Positions 51,601-60,090 of a DNA stretch of 64,000 bases are shown piece by piece. Where the stretch lies: the NCBI GenBank assembly GCA_963815235.1, contig CAWFFY010000003.1, positions 1,161,478 through 1,225,477 of the forward strand, read 5' to 3'. The notes under the pieces are model-generated. The model was not told the origin of the DNA. It worked only from the letters and a program-made list of their open reading frames with translations, and did no database searches. The translations under genes were made by a program, and so were the position numbers. Source of the DNA: an uncultured Solirubrobacteraceae bacterium. Its GTDB lineage: Bacteria > Actinomycetota > Thermoleophilia > Solirubrobacterales > Solirubrobacteraceae. Position 1 is the stretch's first letter. Every line of letters begins with the position of its first letter.

Positions 51601-51790
51601 GTTCGCGCCGGGGGCAGCCGCAACCGGCTTCAGGTTCGCCCGTAAGAAGGCAAGCCAGGTCGAATGCGAGTCGAGCACGAGCTGCACGGCAACCACGCCC
51701 CCCGGCGCCGGCACGGTTACCGTGACCGCTTCGGTGGGCAAGCTCAAGAGCTCGAGCAATCCTCCCGGGGACACCTTCACCTACGAATAG
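48686..51790 (+). CDS. Secreted surface protein: 4 Ig-like repeats + 7 RCC1/BLIP-II repeats + 3 IPT/TIG domains
   Basis: QW-S-DGG-W and YR-V-TN-AG repeats x4; AWG..GQLG..IAAG repeats x7; PTVT.VSP..G..GG domains x3. Confidence 0.9.
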   Translation: MARMTERVRPIIRRLAWPLASLVLLAAFLAGPAGARVAGAASPASATSKAPKVSKDPVSVTVEEGATAVFEAAASGVPAPSVQWEVSTNGGAAWSPVTGATADALTVADAKTAESGHQYRAVFTNSAGSETSKAATLTVQLAPTVTQQPAGVTVEEGHSATFKVGAAGSPTPTVQWDLSIDGGHTWAAVKYATSSQLSIASAKTSEDGDEYRAVLTNVAGSVTSEAATLTVHNIPKLTQQPTSALAEEGHPASFEASATGFPTPTVQWELSTDGGGDWSPVVGATANKLTIASVSGSESGDQYRAVFTNVAGSATSSAASLTVRTFPVVVEQPLATTVEVGQGAHFEAAASGFPTPSAQWEVSSNDGSSWSAVAGASADQLTVEDVQSSQSGNEYRVLFTNTAGRAVSEAVRLTVAMHHYRVVAWGADTFGQLGDGNFAQSDTPVLTSGLNFVTAIAAGKNHSLALLSDGSIVAWGADTFGQLGDEEEVSSDVPEPVVGLTEATAIAAGADQSMALLGNGSVMAWGGNESGQLGDGSTTETEKPVAVKGLSGVTAIAAGGEHGLALLSDGTVMAWGENEYGQLGDGVTKNSDVPVPVKGLTGVIAIAAGEQFSLALLGDGQVMAWGADQFGELGNSSVTARGPQEERFSEAPVAVEGIGNASAIAAGGRHGLALVAGGTVLAWGADGEGQLGAGSIESSSEGTVPVSGLTGVTQIAAAGNHSIALLAGGTVDTWGENRHGELGDGSSGEPSDVPVAVASLGEVYGIAAGGMHDLAFTEPVPTVTAVSPASGPAAGGVRVTIKGAAFEGATAVHFGAKAATSFTVASSETISALAPAGALGSIDVTVTTAAGTSPTGTADRFTYAGTPTVARLSVKGGAGGTSVVITGTNLNGATSVSFGASAATGVTVESATQITAVAPAGFGTVDVTVTAPGGTSVISKHDKFGYTPAVTGITPGGGSAGGATTVTITGTGFAPGAAATGFRFARKKASQVECESSTSCTATTPPGAGTVTVTASVGKLKSSSNPPGDTFTYE

Positions 51791-52467
51791 GTCCGCTCGC
51801 CCCACAGGCGCGCGATCCGATCGAACAACTCGTGCGCACGCGCGGGCGCGCCAGGTGCGGCCAGCGCCACCTGGCGGCGCAACGCCTCCAGGTCGACCGC
51901 GTGCTCGCTCAGCGTGCGCCGCGAGTCCTCGATCCACGCCTCGGCGAGCTCGGCGTCGACCTCCGGGTGAAACTGAACCCCGATGCTGCTCCCGTGCGCG
52001 AACGCAAGCGGGACGCTGCCCGCCCGCGCCAGCTCGCGCGCGCCGGGGGGCACGGTGAGGATGTCTTCGTGCCAGCGAAGCCACGGGCCCGGTGAGATCA
52101 GCGCGTCGTCGCGCGTTTCGAGCGTTGTCCAATCGAGCGCGAGCTGCGCCGCGCGCGAGACCTCGCCGCCGAGCGCGCTCGCCAGCGCCTGGGCGCCGAA
52201 GCAGATCCCGAGCACCGGCACGTGGCAGTCGTGGGCGCGTCGCAGGAACTCGATCTCGGCTGCGATCCACGACTCGCGCGAGGCGGGTATCGAGCGATCC
52301 GAGCCGAGGCTCACGACGACGTCGAGCGTGTGGGGGTCGGGGAAGCGCGTCAGCTCCGCCACCGCCACCGTTCGCAGGGTGTGCCCCCGCGCCTCGGCCC
52401 AGGCGCCGAACAGCGCCGCCGGCACCTCGCGCTCGTGCTCCAGCACGAGGATCTCGATCGATCTCAT
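51781..52467 (-). CDS. Class I glutamine amidotransferase-like protein
   Basis: PVLGICFGAQ and GVQFHPE catalytic motifs. Confidence 0.9.
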   Translation of the reverse strand: MRSIEILVLEHEREVPAALFGAWAEARGHTLRTVAVAELTRFPDPHTLDVVVSLGSDRSIPASRESWIAAEIEFLRRAHDCHVPVLGICFGAQALASALGGEVSRAAQLALDWTTLETRDDALISPGPWLRWHEDILTVPPGARELARAGSVPLAFAHGSSIGVQFHPEVDAELAEAWIEDSRRTLSEHAVDLEALRRQVALAAPGAPARAHELFDRIARLWGERTYS

Positions 52468-52493
52468 CGATCTATGCTCTCACCGGCCCTGGG

Positions 52494-53591
52494 CTAGCGG
52501 GATTGCGCCGTGAGCCGGTAGATCGTTCCGCTCGCCCAGTCACCGACGAGCAAGGAGCCGTCGGGGGCGAGCGTCACCGCCAGCGGGTTCTTGACGCCTC
52601 TCAGCAGCGGTGTCACCGAGCCTTCATAGCCGGAGGCGGTCCTTCGCAACGCGACCCGCTGGACCTTGCCGAGCTGCCACTCGGGCACGATCGCCGCGGT
52701 GCCCACGCGCGCGCCGAGCTGGCCGGTCGCGATCGCCACGCCGCCGACCGCGGCGTGCGGGTCGAGCACGGCCGTCGGCGTCGGCACGCCGGCACAGCTC
52801 GAACCACCCTGTCCGTAGCAGCCCGGGAAACGCCAGTCCTCCCCTTCGCGAACGAGCGTGAGCCAGTCGCCGGGGGTGCGCTTGCCGAGGTCGTCCTGCT
52901 GGTTCATGGAGACGAACAGATCGCTCGAGCCGGGCATGTAGGCGAGTCCGAACGGCGCCCGGATGCGCGACGCGTACAGGCGCAGTCCGCTGCCGTCGGG
53001 TCGGAACGACACGATCGAGCCGGAGTACGGCGAGCTCGGCGTGCAGTGGTCGCAGGTGGCGGTGACGCCCATCAGGAAGCGACCGTCCGGGCTCATCACG
53101 AGCAGGTTGTTCTCGCCGCCCGCGACGGGACCGTCCAGGATCCTGCGGTGCTGCGTGAAGTGCTGTCCGTCAAAGCCGCCGTACGCGTCCACTCGCCCGA
53201 CCGAGGCGACGTACAGGCGGCCGCCATACCACGCCAGGCCGAGCGGGTCATCCAGGCCCGAGACGACCTCGATCGGCCTCGCGCCCTGCTTGGCGATCAC
53301 ATAGACACCGTCGTGCGCGTGCGCTTCCAGGCCCGCTGCGGTCAGCCACAGGCGGCCCCGAGCGTCGAAAGCGAACGCCGCCGTCGTCGGCGGGCCCTTG
53401 GCGTAGACGCTCGCGCGCAAGCCGGCGGGGCCGCGCAGGCCGGCGCCGATCGACACCAGGACGTCGCGGCGGGCGCCGTTGGCGGCGGAGCCGCCGCAGC
53501 CGGCAAGCGCCACGCACGAGGCGGCCGCGGCGAGCCCCAGCCGGCTCCGGCTCGTACGCCACCCGTCACTGCCGGTCTCAGCTGGCGACAG
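52494..53591 (-). CDS. Glucose/sorbosone (PQQ-type) dehydrogenase-like beta-propeller lipoprotein
   Basis: Lipobox LAGC; GLDDPLGLA, TCDHC, IRAPFGLA and LLVGDW motifs; start uncertain. Confidence 0.75.
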   Translation of the reverse strand: MSPAETGSDGWRTSRSRLGLAAAASCVALAGCGGSAANGARRDVLVSIGAGLRGPAGLRASVYAKGPPTTAAFAFDARGRLWLTAAGLEAHAHDGVYVIAKQGARPIEVVSGLDDPLGLAWYGGRLYVASVGRVDAYGGFDGQHFTQHRRILDGPVAGGENNLLVMSPDGRFLMGVTATCDHCTPSSPYSGSIVSFRPDGSGLRLYASRIRAPFGLAYMPGSSDLFVSMNQQDDLGKRTPGDWLTLVREGEDWRFPGCYGQGGSSCAGVPTPTAVLDPHAAVGGVAIATGQLGARVGTAAIVPEWQLGKVQRVALRRTASGYEGSVTPLLRGVKNPLAVTLAPDGSLLVGDWASGTIYRLTAQSR

Positions 53592-53868
53592 GGCCCGACG
53601 CTGGTTCGGGACCGCTGTAGGAGCCTCCGCTCGCGCCGGGGCCCTTACCCTGGCCCATGTTCGGGCAGTTGCCCTTCGGCGGCGCGCCAGACTTCTGTGT
53701 GGGCGTCGGTGCCGATTTTGACGGCGCCGGGCTCGTCGCGCTGGGTGTCGAGGTCGTGGGGGTGGAGCTCGTCGGCGCCGCCGACGCGCCGGCGATCCCG
53801 ACCGCCGCGCCGCCCGCTGCCAGTGCGCCCGTGACGATTGCCGCTCTCAGCATCTTCGAGTTGTGCAT
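53578..53868 (-). CDS. Small secreted low-complexity protein
   Basis: GGAGG RBS; signal peptide; Ser/Thr/Pro tract; NCPNM motif. Confidence 0.7.
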   Translation of the reverse strand: MHNSKMLRAAIVTGALAAGGAAVGIAGASAAPTSSTPTTSTPSATSPAPSKSAPTPTQKSGAPPKGNCPNMGQGKGPGASGGSYSGPEPASGPVAS

Positions 53869-54024
53869 TTGAAGCCTCCGGTGGAGTGTGCAGGGTCAGC
53901 GTAGGTGATGATCCGCGGCGAAGCTAAGGACGGGTGTACCCGTGTGTAGGAGCTGCGTAGGAATTAAGCTGGCGCTGAGCAACGGCGTAGCTGCGCTTCA
54001 GCTACAGCGAGCAAGCTGTCCTCG

Positions 54025-54153
54025 ATGTTCATCCTGCTCCTCCCTCTCGTCTGGCTGGCCGTCGCGGCGCTTGTCGTGACGGCCTGTCGGATGGCCGCCC
54101 GCGCGGACGGCGCGGCGCAGGCCGAGCGCCTGGACCGCGCGAGCTGGCTCTGA
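54025..54153 (+). CDS. Small membrane peptide (42 aa), absent from the ORF track
   Basis: MFILLLPLVWLAVAALVVTACRMAARADGAAQAERLDRASWL, translated by hand. Confidence 0.55.
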   Translation: MFILLLPLVWLAVAALVVTACRMAARADGAAQAERLDRASWL

Positions 54154-54223
54154 GCCCAACGGGCTCTGGTGCGTCGGCACGCCGCGGCGAGCATCCCCCG
54201 CGCCGCCTATCGTGCCGTGCTCG

Positions 54224-56987
54224 ATGTCCTCGGCTTCCTTCTCCGCAACCATCGCCCGCGATGAGGCCGTGCTGCGCTTCCCCTACGACGAGGGGCTGCG
54301 CCAGCTCCTGCGCGCGATCCCCGGCCGGCGCTGGGACCCGGGACAGCGCGCGTGGTGCGTGCCGCTGGGCCCCGACCAGGCCGAGGCGCTCGCGCAGCTG
54401 TTCGCGACCCTCGAGCATGCGCCGGAGGTGAGCGACGAGCTGGAGCGCACGATCAGGCGCCGCCGCGCGAGGCGCCGCCGCGACGAGTGCGTGGTCGAGC
54501 TCGCCCGCCCGGACGAGGACTGGTGGCTGAGCTTCGCCACCGACGGCCCCGCCGACCCGGTGCAGGGCCTGCTCGAGCACCCGCAGGCGCGCGAGCTGCC
54601 AGCGATCGGGCGCGCTGTGGTGCCGCTGGACGACCGTTCGGCGGCGCTGCTGGGAGAGGGTGGCGGGGGCAGTGGCTCCTTGCGGCTGAGCGAGGAGGCG
54701 CGGCGCGCGCTCGCTGCACGCCGCGAGCGCCACACGCCGGGCGCCGCGGCCGGCGGCGGCGAGCCGGGCGCGCGCGGCGCGCGTCAGGCCTACGACGTCG
54801 AGTTCCGCCGCGACCGCCGCGGCGAGCACTGGATCCTGATCGCCCCCGAGCGCGCCCGTCTCGCGCGCGTACTCGCCGCGCGCTCAGGGCTGCGCGCGCT
54901 CGACGGTCCCGCCGGGACGCTCGGCCTGGCGGCGATCGAGCACGACGCCGAACCACTGGCGGAGCTGCTCGAGCACGTCGAGGACGTGACCGTTGACCCG
55001 CGGGTGACGGCGTGGCTGACGCGTGCCACCACCTGGCGCGGGAACGTCGAGTGTTGAGGGCCCACCCACCCCGCCCGCTCCGGGCAGCTCGCCGGAGTTC
55101 GTGCTGCTCGGCGACGAGCGGCGCCTGCCGCGAGCGCTGCGCGAGGTCGCGACGAGCGCGCCGGGCGGTGCAACGGTGCCGTTGACGCTGTCGTCCTGGC
55201 GGCAGATATCGACGCTCGACGCCTGGCTCAGCCCCGCAGCCAAGCGCTGTATCGCGGCGCTCGAGGACGGCCGGCCGGCGCCGGCGGCGGTGCTCGAGCG
55301 CTCGAGCGTGCACGAGGAGCCGACGTTCGTCCTGGCCGAAGGCCACGATCCCAAGCGCGTGCATCGGTTCGCGGCGCTGCGAGGCGTGCTGGCGCCGGTC
55401 GCGCGTCGCGGTGGCGTACGCGATCACGCGCTGCTCGCGTCGCTGCGCGCGGATCCCTTCTGCGTGCCGCAGCTCGACGACTTCCTCGCGGACGGTGAGG
55501 TGTGGGTCGAGCCCGACGCGCTCGCGCTGCTGCAGGAGATCCGCGAGCAGCACGCGCGTGCGGCCGGCTTGGTGGCGCTGTCGAGCGCGACCGACGCGTC
55601 GCTGCATGTCGCCGGCCTCGGCGGCGAGCTGAAGCCGTTCCAGCGGGCGGGCGTGAGCTACCTGCTGGAGCGTCGGCGGGCGTTCCTCGCCGACGAGCAG
55701 GGCCTCGGCAAGACGATCGAGGCGCTCGCAGCGGTCGAGGCGGCGGGCGCATACCCGGCTGTGGTGGTGTGCCCCGCGAGCCTCAAGCTCAACTGGCTGC
55801 GCGAGCTCGAGCGCTGGCTGCCACAGCGCAGCGCGGTGGCTCTCTCCGGCAACGGCACCGCCGGCCGAGCGCCGGACGCGGCAGACATCACGGTGGTCAA
55901 CTACGACATCGTGGCGGCACGCCTGCAGGAGCTGTCCGCGCTGGCGCCGCAGGCGCTCGTGCTCGACGAGTCGCACTACTGCAAGAACGCCGCCGCCAAG
56001 CGTACGCAGGCGGTTCAGCGCCTGTCTGCGGTGGTGCCGCGCGAGGGCCTGGTGCTCGCGCTGAGCGGTACCCCGGTCACCAACCGCCCGGCGGAGCTGA
56101 TCTCCCAGCTGCGGATCCTCGGACGCCTCGAGGACTTCGGCTCGGGTGCGCGCTTCGGCGAGCGCTTTCGCGGCGCCGATGCCCATCTACGCCTGCATTG
56201 GCACCTGCGCGCGCGCTGCTTCGTGCGCCGGCTGAAGGCCGACGTGCTCCCTCAGCTGCCGGCCAAGACACGCGCGGTCGTGCCTGTCGAGCTGGACAAC
56301 GAAGCCGAGTACCGGCTCGCGGAGCGCGACCTGGTCGCGTGGCTTCGCAGTCAGCCGTTGGACCTGCGCGAGCTCGACGCGAAGGTCGCTGCGGCGCTGC
56401 GCGCCGAGCGGCTGGTGCGCTGCAACGCGCTGAAGCTGCTGGCGGCGCGCGGGAAGCTGCATGCCGCGCTCGCCTGGATCCATGACTTCTGCTCCTCCGG
56501 CGAGCGGCTCGTCGTGTTCGCGGGTCATCGCGAGATCCAGCGGGCGGTGCTCGACCGCTTCCCTGCAGCTCTGCACATCCTCGGCGAGGACAGCCCGGCG
56601 GCTCGTGACGGCGCCCTGAGCGCCTTCCAGGAGGCGCAGGCGAGCGAGGCCAACCAGCTGATCGTCTGCTCGATCGAGGTCGCCGGGCACGGGCTGACGC
56701 TGACGCGCTCCTCCAACGTCGCGTTTCTCGAGCTCGGCTGGACGCCCGCCAAGCACGATCAGGCCGAGGACCGCTGCCACCGGATCGGCCAGCAGGACGC
56801 CGTCAATGCCTACTACCTGCTCGCGGCGGACACGATCGACGAGACGATCTCCACGCTGCTCGAGCGCAAGCGCGCGTTGATCGGCGCCGTCACCGACGGT
56901 CTCGACGAGGATGAGGAGGGCGTGCTCGCGGGCCTCGTGCGCGAGCTGCGATCAACGCCCTACCGGCACCTGCGCGCGGTCGCGTGA
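54224..56987 (+). CDS. SNF2-family helicase, SMARCAL1/HARP-like, with one frameshift near 55050
   Basis: N-terminal FPYD...IPGRRWDP...W; ADEQGLGKT, LDESH, LSGTP, GHGLTL and QAEDRCHRIGQ motifs. Confidence 0.85.
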
Positions 56988-57006
56988 GCCGCTGCGAGTG
57001 CGCCGC

Positions 57007-57690
57007 TCAGGGCCACAGCTCGAGCGTGTCCATGATCGCGCCCCAATGTTCCACCGCGCGGGCTTCGCCTTCGGCGAGCGCTTCTTGCAGCGCCAGCGAG
57101 CGCCGCGCGAGGCTCCGGGCTGCCGCGCTCTCAAAGGGACCGAGCTGCGCCGGCAGATAACCGAGCGCCACCCACGCGGGCATGAACTTGGCGACCAGCG
57201 TGACGGTGCTCGCGGGCAGCGTGGTGTAACCGCTCGCGGCCCAGGCTTTGACATCACCGCACAGATTGGGCGTCGGCAGGCTGAGGATCGTCTTCAGATC
57301 GGCGACGTAGCCGTGGACAGCGCTCGTGAGGCTGTGGCTGCCCCAGCTCAGAGAACCCGCAGCGCCGATGAAGGTGCGCATCGCCGACAGGTCGGGCTTG
57401 TACGCGGACACCACCATCGCGGCGATCACCTCGTCGCTCATCTGCGTCGAGTCCGGGTTCTGCGGCGAACCGGCGCCGGCTCGCGGACATTCCGCGCGCA
57501 CCTGCGCCAGGACACGCAGCGGCCCGGCTTCGGCGGCCGCCAGGTGCGTCCGCGCGACCCGCACGAGCGCGTAGTTGTCGTGGACGTAGCTCTGCGTGGT
57601 GGCGGCGTTCGAGCTCGCCAGCGCTGGCGTTGCGCTCAAAGCAAAGCTCCCTGTGACCGCCAGCAGGGCGAGCGGCACGCATACCCTCAT
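57007..57690 (-). CDS. Secreted hypothetical helical protein
   Basis: Signal peptide ending PALA; 227 aa; divergent from the first ASST gene. Confidence 0.7.
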   Translation of the reverse strand: MRVCVPLALLAVTGSFALSATPALASSNAATTQSYVHDNYALVRVARTHLAAAEAGPLRVLAQVRAECPRAGAGSPQNPDSTQMSDEVIAAMVVSAYKPDLSAMRTFIGAAGSLSWGSHSLTSAVHGYVADLKTILSLPTPNLCGDVKAWAASGYTTLPASTVTLVAKFMPAWVALGYLPAQLGPFESAAARSLARRSLALQEALAEGEARAVEHWGAIMDTLELWP

Positions 57691-57926
57691 CGGCTAGAGC
57701 GTACGCCATGCGCGCAGCGCGGGCGCCACGAAAAACTTGATAAGGATGCGTGCGAGCGGCGAATCCCTGCAGGTTGCTGCGGGGTTCCCCGGTATTGTCA
57801 TGGCGTCGAAAGGGCTCCTCCATCCGCGCCCGGGGGAGGTCCTGCGGCAACTGCCTGGGCATCGCTCGTCTTCGTGGCGCCGGCCGCGATCGTCGCCGGT
57901 CTCGGGAAGTCGGGCCTAGAGCACAC

Positions 57927-59825
57927 ATGAGACGCAACGGGTACATCGTCCTGCTGGTCGCGCTCCTCGCATGGGTGCTCGCGGCGCTCGTCAGCGGCTC
58001 GCTCGATCTCGGGCTCTCGGACGGGAGCTCGCCGGCGATGGCGAAGGCGGCGCCAAACTGCCTGCCAACGAAGCTCGAACACAGCGCGATGCTCGCCGAC
58101 GGCGTCGCGGTCTCTCCCGAGCCCGAAAGCGACACCGCCAACCCGCATACGCAGATCAGCTTCCTCGGGGCGAACGCCGCAGATATCGGTCAGGTGACGG
58201 TCGTCGGCTCGCAGTCCGGGCGCCACGACGGTCACCTGTCGGGCTACTCGCAGGGCGGCGGTGGCAGCTTTGTGCCCGACAAGCCGTTCGACCCCGGGGA
58301 GCGTGTGACTGTGGACGCGGTGATCGGCGCGGGCGCTGCAGGCAAGCAGGTCGAGTTCGGATTTCACGTCGATACCCCGTATCCAACGGCGGACGTGCCG
58401 CCGTTCCCGAACCCGGCGCCGGCGCCTGCCGACTACCAGAGCTTCTACACGATGCCGGCTGTGCAGGCCCCGATCCTGACGGTGACCGCGCCCGACCGCG
58501 ACCCCGGGGCTGGCGACATCCTCACCACCAACGGCCCCGGCCCCGGCCAGTACGGGCCGCTGATCTACACGCCGCAGGGCCGGCTCGTGTGGTTCGACAA
58601 GCTGTCGGGAGGCGAAACCGCTGAGGACCTGAGCGAGCAGACATACGAAGGGCAGCGCGACCTGACGTGGTGGAGGGGACGCGTGCTCTCGCTCGGCTTC
58701 GGCCAGGGCGAAGACGTGGTCATGAACGCCGCCTATCAGACGGTTGCGAGGGTCGCCGGCGGCAACGGCCTGCGAGCCGACCTGCACGACTTCCAGATAG
58801 CTCCCGATGATGTGGCCTTCATCACCGCCTTCAACCCGATCCGCTGCGATCTGAAGACCGTGAAAGGCGGAGCGGCGAACGGCGTCATCACCGATACGGC
58901 GATCCAGGAGATCGACATCAAAACCGGCCTCGTGCGCTGGGAATGGCACAGCCTCGACCACGTCGCCGCGTCCGAGTCCGAGGCGGAACCGGAAGCGGGC
59001 ACTCCGTGGGATTGGTTTCACCTCAACTCGATCGACCGCGAGCCCGACGGGAACCTCCTGATTTCCGCTCGCAGCACGTGGGCCACCTACGAGCTGGAAC
59101 GCGGAACCGGCAAGATCCTATGGCGCCTGGGCGGGCTCAAGAGCTCGTTCAAGATGGGGCCGGGCACCGAAACGGCGTGGCAGCACGACGCGCGCATGCT
59201 TCCCGACGGCGAGATCACGCTGTTCGACGATGGGTCGAACCCGCCGATTCACAAACAGTCGCGCGCGGTCAGGATCGCGCTGAACTTCGCGACCCACGAA
59301 GCGCGCCTCGCGGCCGTCTATACGCACACGAACCCGCCGCTGCTCGCGGCCAGCCAGGGCAACACGCAAACGCTCCCCGACGGCAGCACGCTCGTGGGCT
59401 ACGGCGCAGTTCCGGAGATCAGTGAGTACGCCACCAACGGCTCGCTGCTGTTCGATGCCGACCTGCCGTTGGACATGACCTTCTACCGCGCATTCCGCTT
59501 CCCGTGGAATGGGCGCCCGCTGAGCGCGCCGGCGACGTTCGCCTCGCTCAACAACACGGGTGAAGAGACGATCGTGCATGCCAGCTGGAACGGTGCGACG
59601 GGAGTCGCCGCCTGGCGCGTGCTCGCCGGCACCAACGGCGCGTCGCTCGCGGCGCGCGCCACGATCCCGGTCAGTGGCTTCGAGAGCTCGGTGATGCTGC
59701 CCGCGAAGTACGCACGCGTGGAGGTCCAGGCGCTCGACTCGCACGGCCATCTGCTAGCGAGCTCGGCCCCGGTTGAGGTTGTGAGCTACGCCCACTCGCT
59801 GGCGAGCGCCAGCAGGCGTGGATGA
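57927..59825 (+). CDS. Arylsulfotransferase (ASST) family protein, secreted or anchored, with N-terminal Ig-like domain
   Basis: DLHDF, DWFHLNSID, ISARST, WQHDAR, SQGN and YRAFR motifs. Confidence 0.88.
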   Translation: MRRNGYIVLLVALLAWVLAALVSGSLDLGLSDGSSPAMAKAAPNCLPTKLEHSAMLADGVAVSPEPESDTANPHTQISFLGANAADIGQVTVVGSQSGRHDGHLSGYSQGGGGSFVPDKPFDPGERVTVDAVIGAGAAGKQVEFGFHVDTPYPTADVPPFPNPAPAPADYQSFYTMPAVQAPILTVTAPDRDPGAGDILTTNGPGPGQYGPLIYTPQGRLVWFDKLSGGETAEDLSEQTYEGQRDLTWWRGRVLSLGFGQGEDVVMNAAYQTVARVAGGNGLRADLHDFQIAPDDVAFITAFNPIRCDLKTVKGGAANGVITDTAIQEIDIKTGLVRWEWHSLDHVAASESEAEPEAGTPWDWFHLNSIDREPDGNLLISARSTWATYELERGTGKILWRLGGLKSSFKMGPGTETAWQHDARMLPDGEITLFDDGSNPPIHKQSRAVRIALNFATHEARLAAVYTHTNPPLLAASQGNTQTLPDGSTLVGYGAVPEISEYATNGSLLFDADLPLDMTFYRAFRFPWNGRPLSAPATFASLNNTGEETIVHASWNGATGVAAWRVLAGTNGASLAARATIPVSGFESSVMLPAKYARVEVQALDSHGHLLASSAPVEVVSYAHSLASASRRG

Positions 59826-59828
59826 CCG

Positions 59829-60005
59829 TCAGTAGCCCGGTTTTGTCTGGTGCTTCTTCCCGCTCGTCGTTGTTTCGGTGGTGGGGGTGCTCGTCGTCTG
59901 CTTGGCGGTGGAGCTCGTGCCTTTGCCGCCGCATCCCGCCACCGCCACGCCGCTCATCAGGAGTGCCAGGCTCGTTAGCATGGCGGTCAGTGAAGACTTT
60001 CTCAT
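59829..60005 (-). CDS. Small Thr-rich lipoprotein (58 aa), absent from the ORF track
   Basis: MRKSSLTAMLTSLALLMSGVAVAGC GGKGTSSTAKQTTSTPTTETTTSGKKHQTKPGY; GGAG RBS; lipobox VAGC. Confidence 0.75.
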   Translation of the reverse strand: MRKSSLTAMLTSLALLMSGVAVAGCGGKGTSSTAKQTTSTPTTETTTSGKKHQTKPGY

Positions 60006-60090
60006 CGGCCGGGCTCCAATCGTCGCTGAAGGGCTCGGGCGCTCACCCTACCAGGCGTCGGCGGGCCCGATCGCAGGAGCTTCGGCCGTC

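Noticed and set aside
48835-51787. CRISPR-like or DNA-level repeat array
   Set aside because: Repeats are degenerate in-frame protein domain repeats; no identical repeat-spacer pattern or cas genes anywhere in the window
55040-55060. Programmed frameshift in the SNF2 helicase
   Set aside because: No slippery heptamer; a single extra base explains it, either an error or a recent mutation
59826-60090. Riboswitch or longer N-terminus (59878 start) for the MFS-ASST gene
   Set aside because: The interval is explained by the minus-strand lipoprotein gene; an AGGAG RBS precedes ATG 60091
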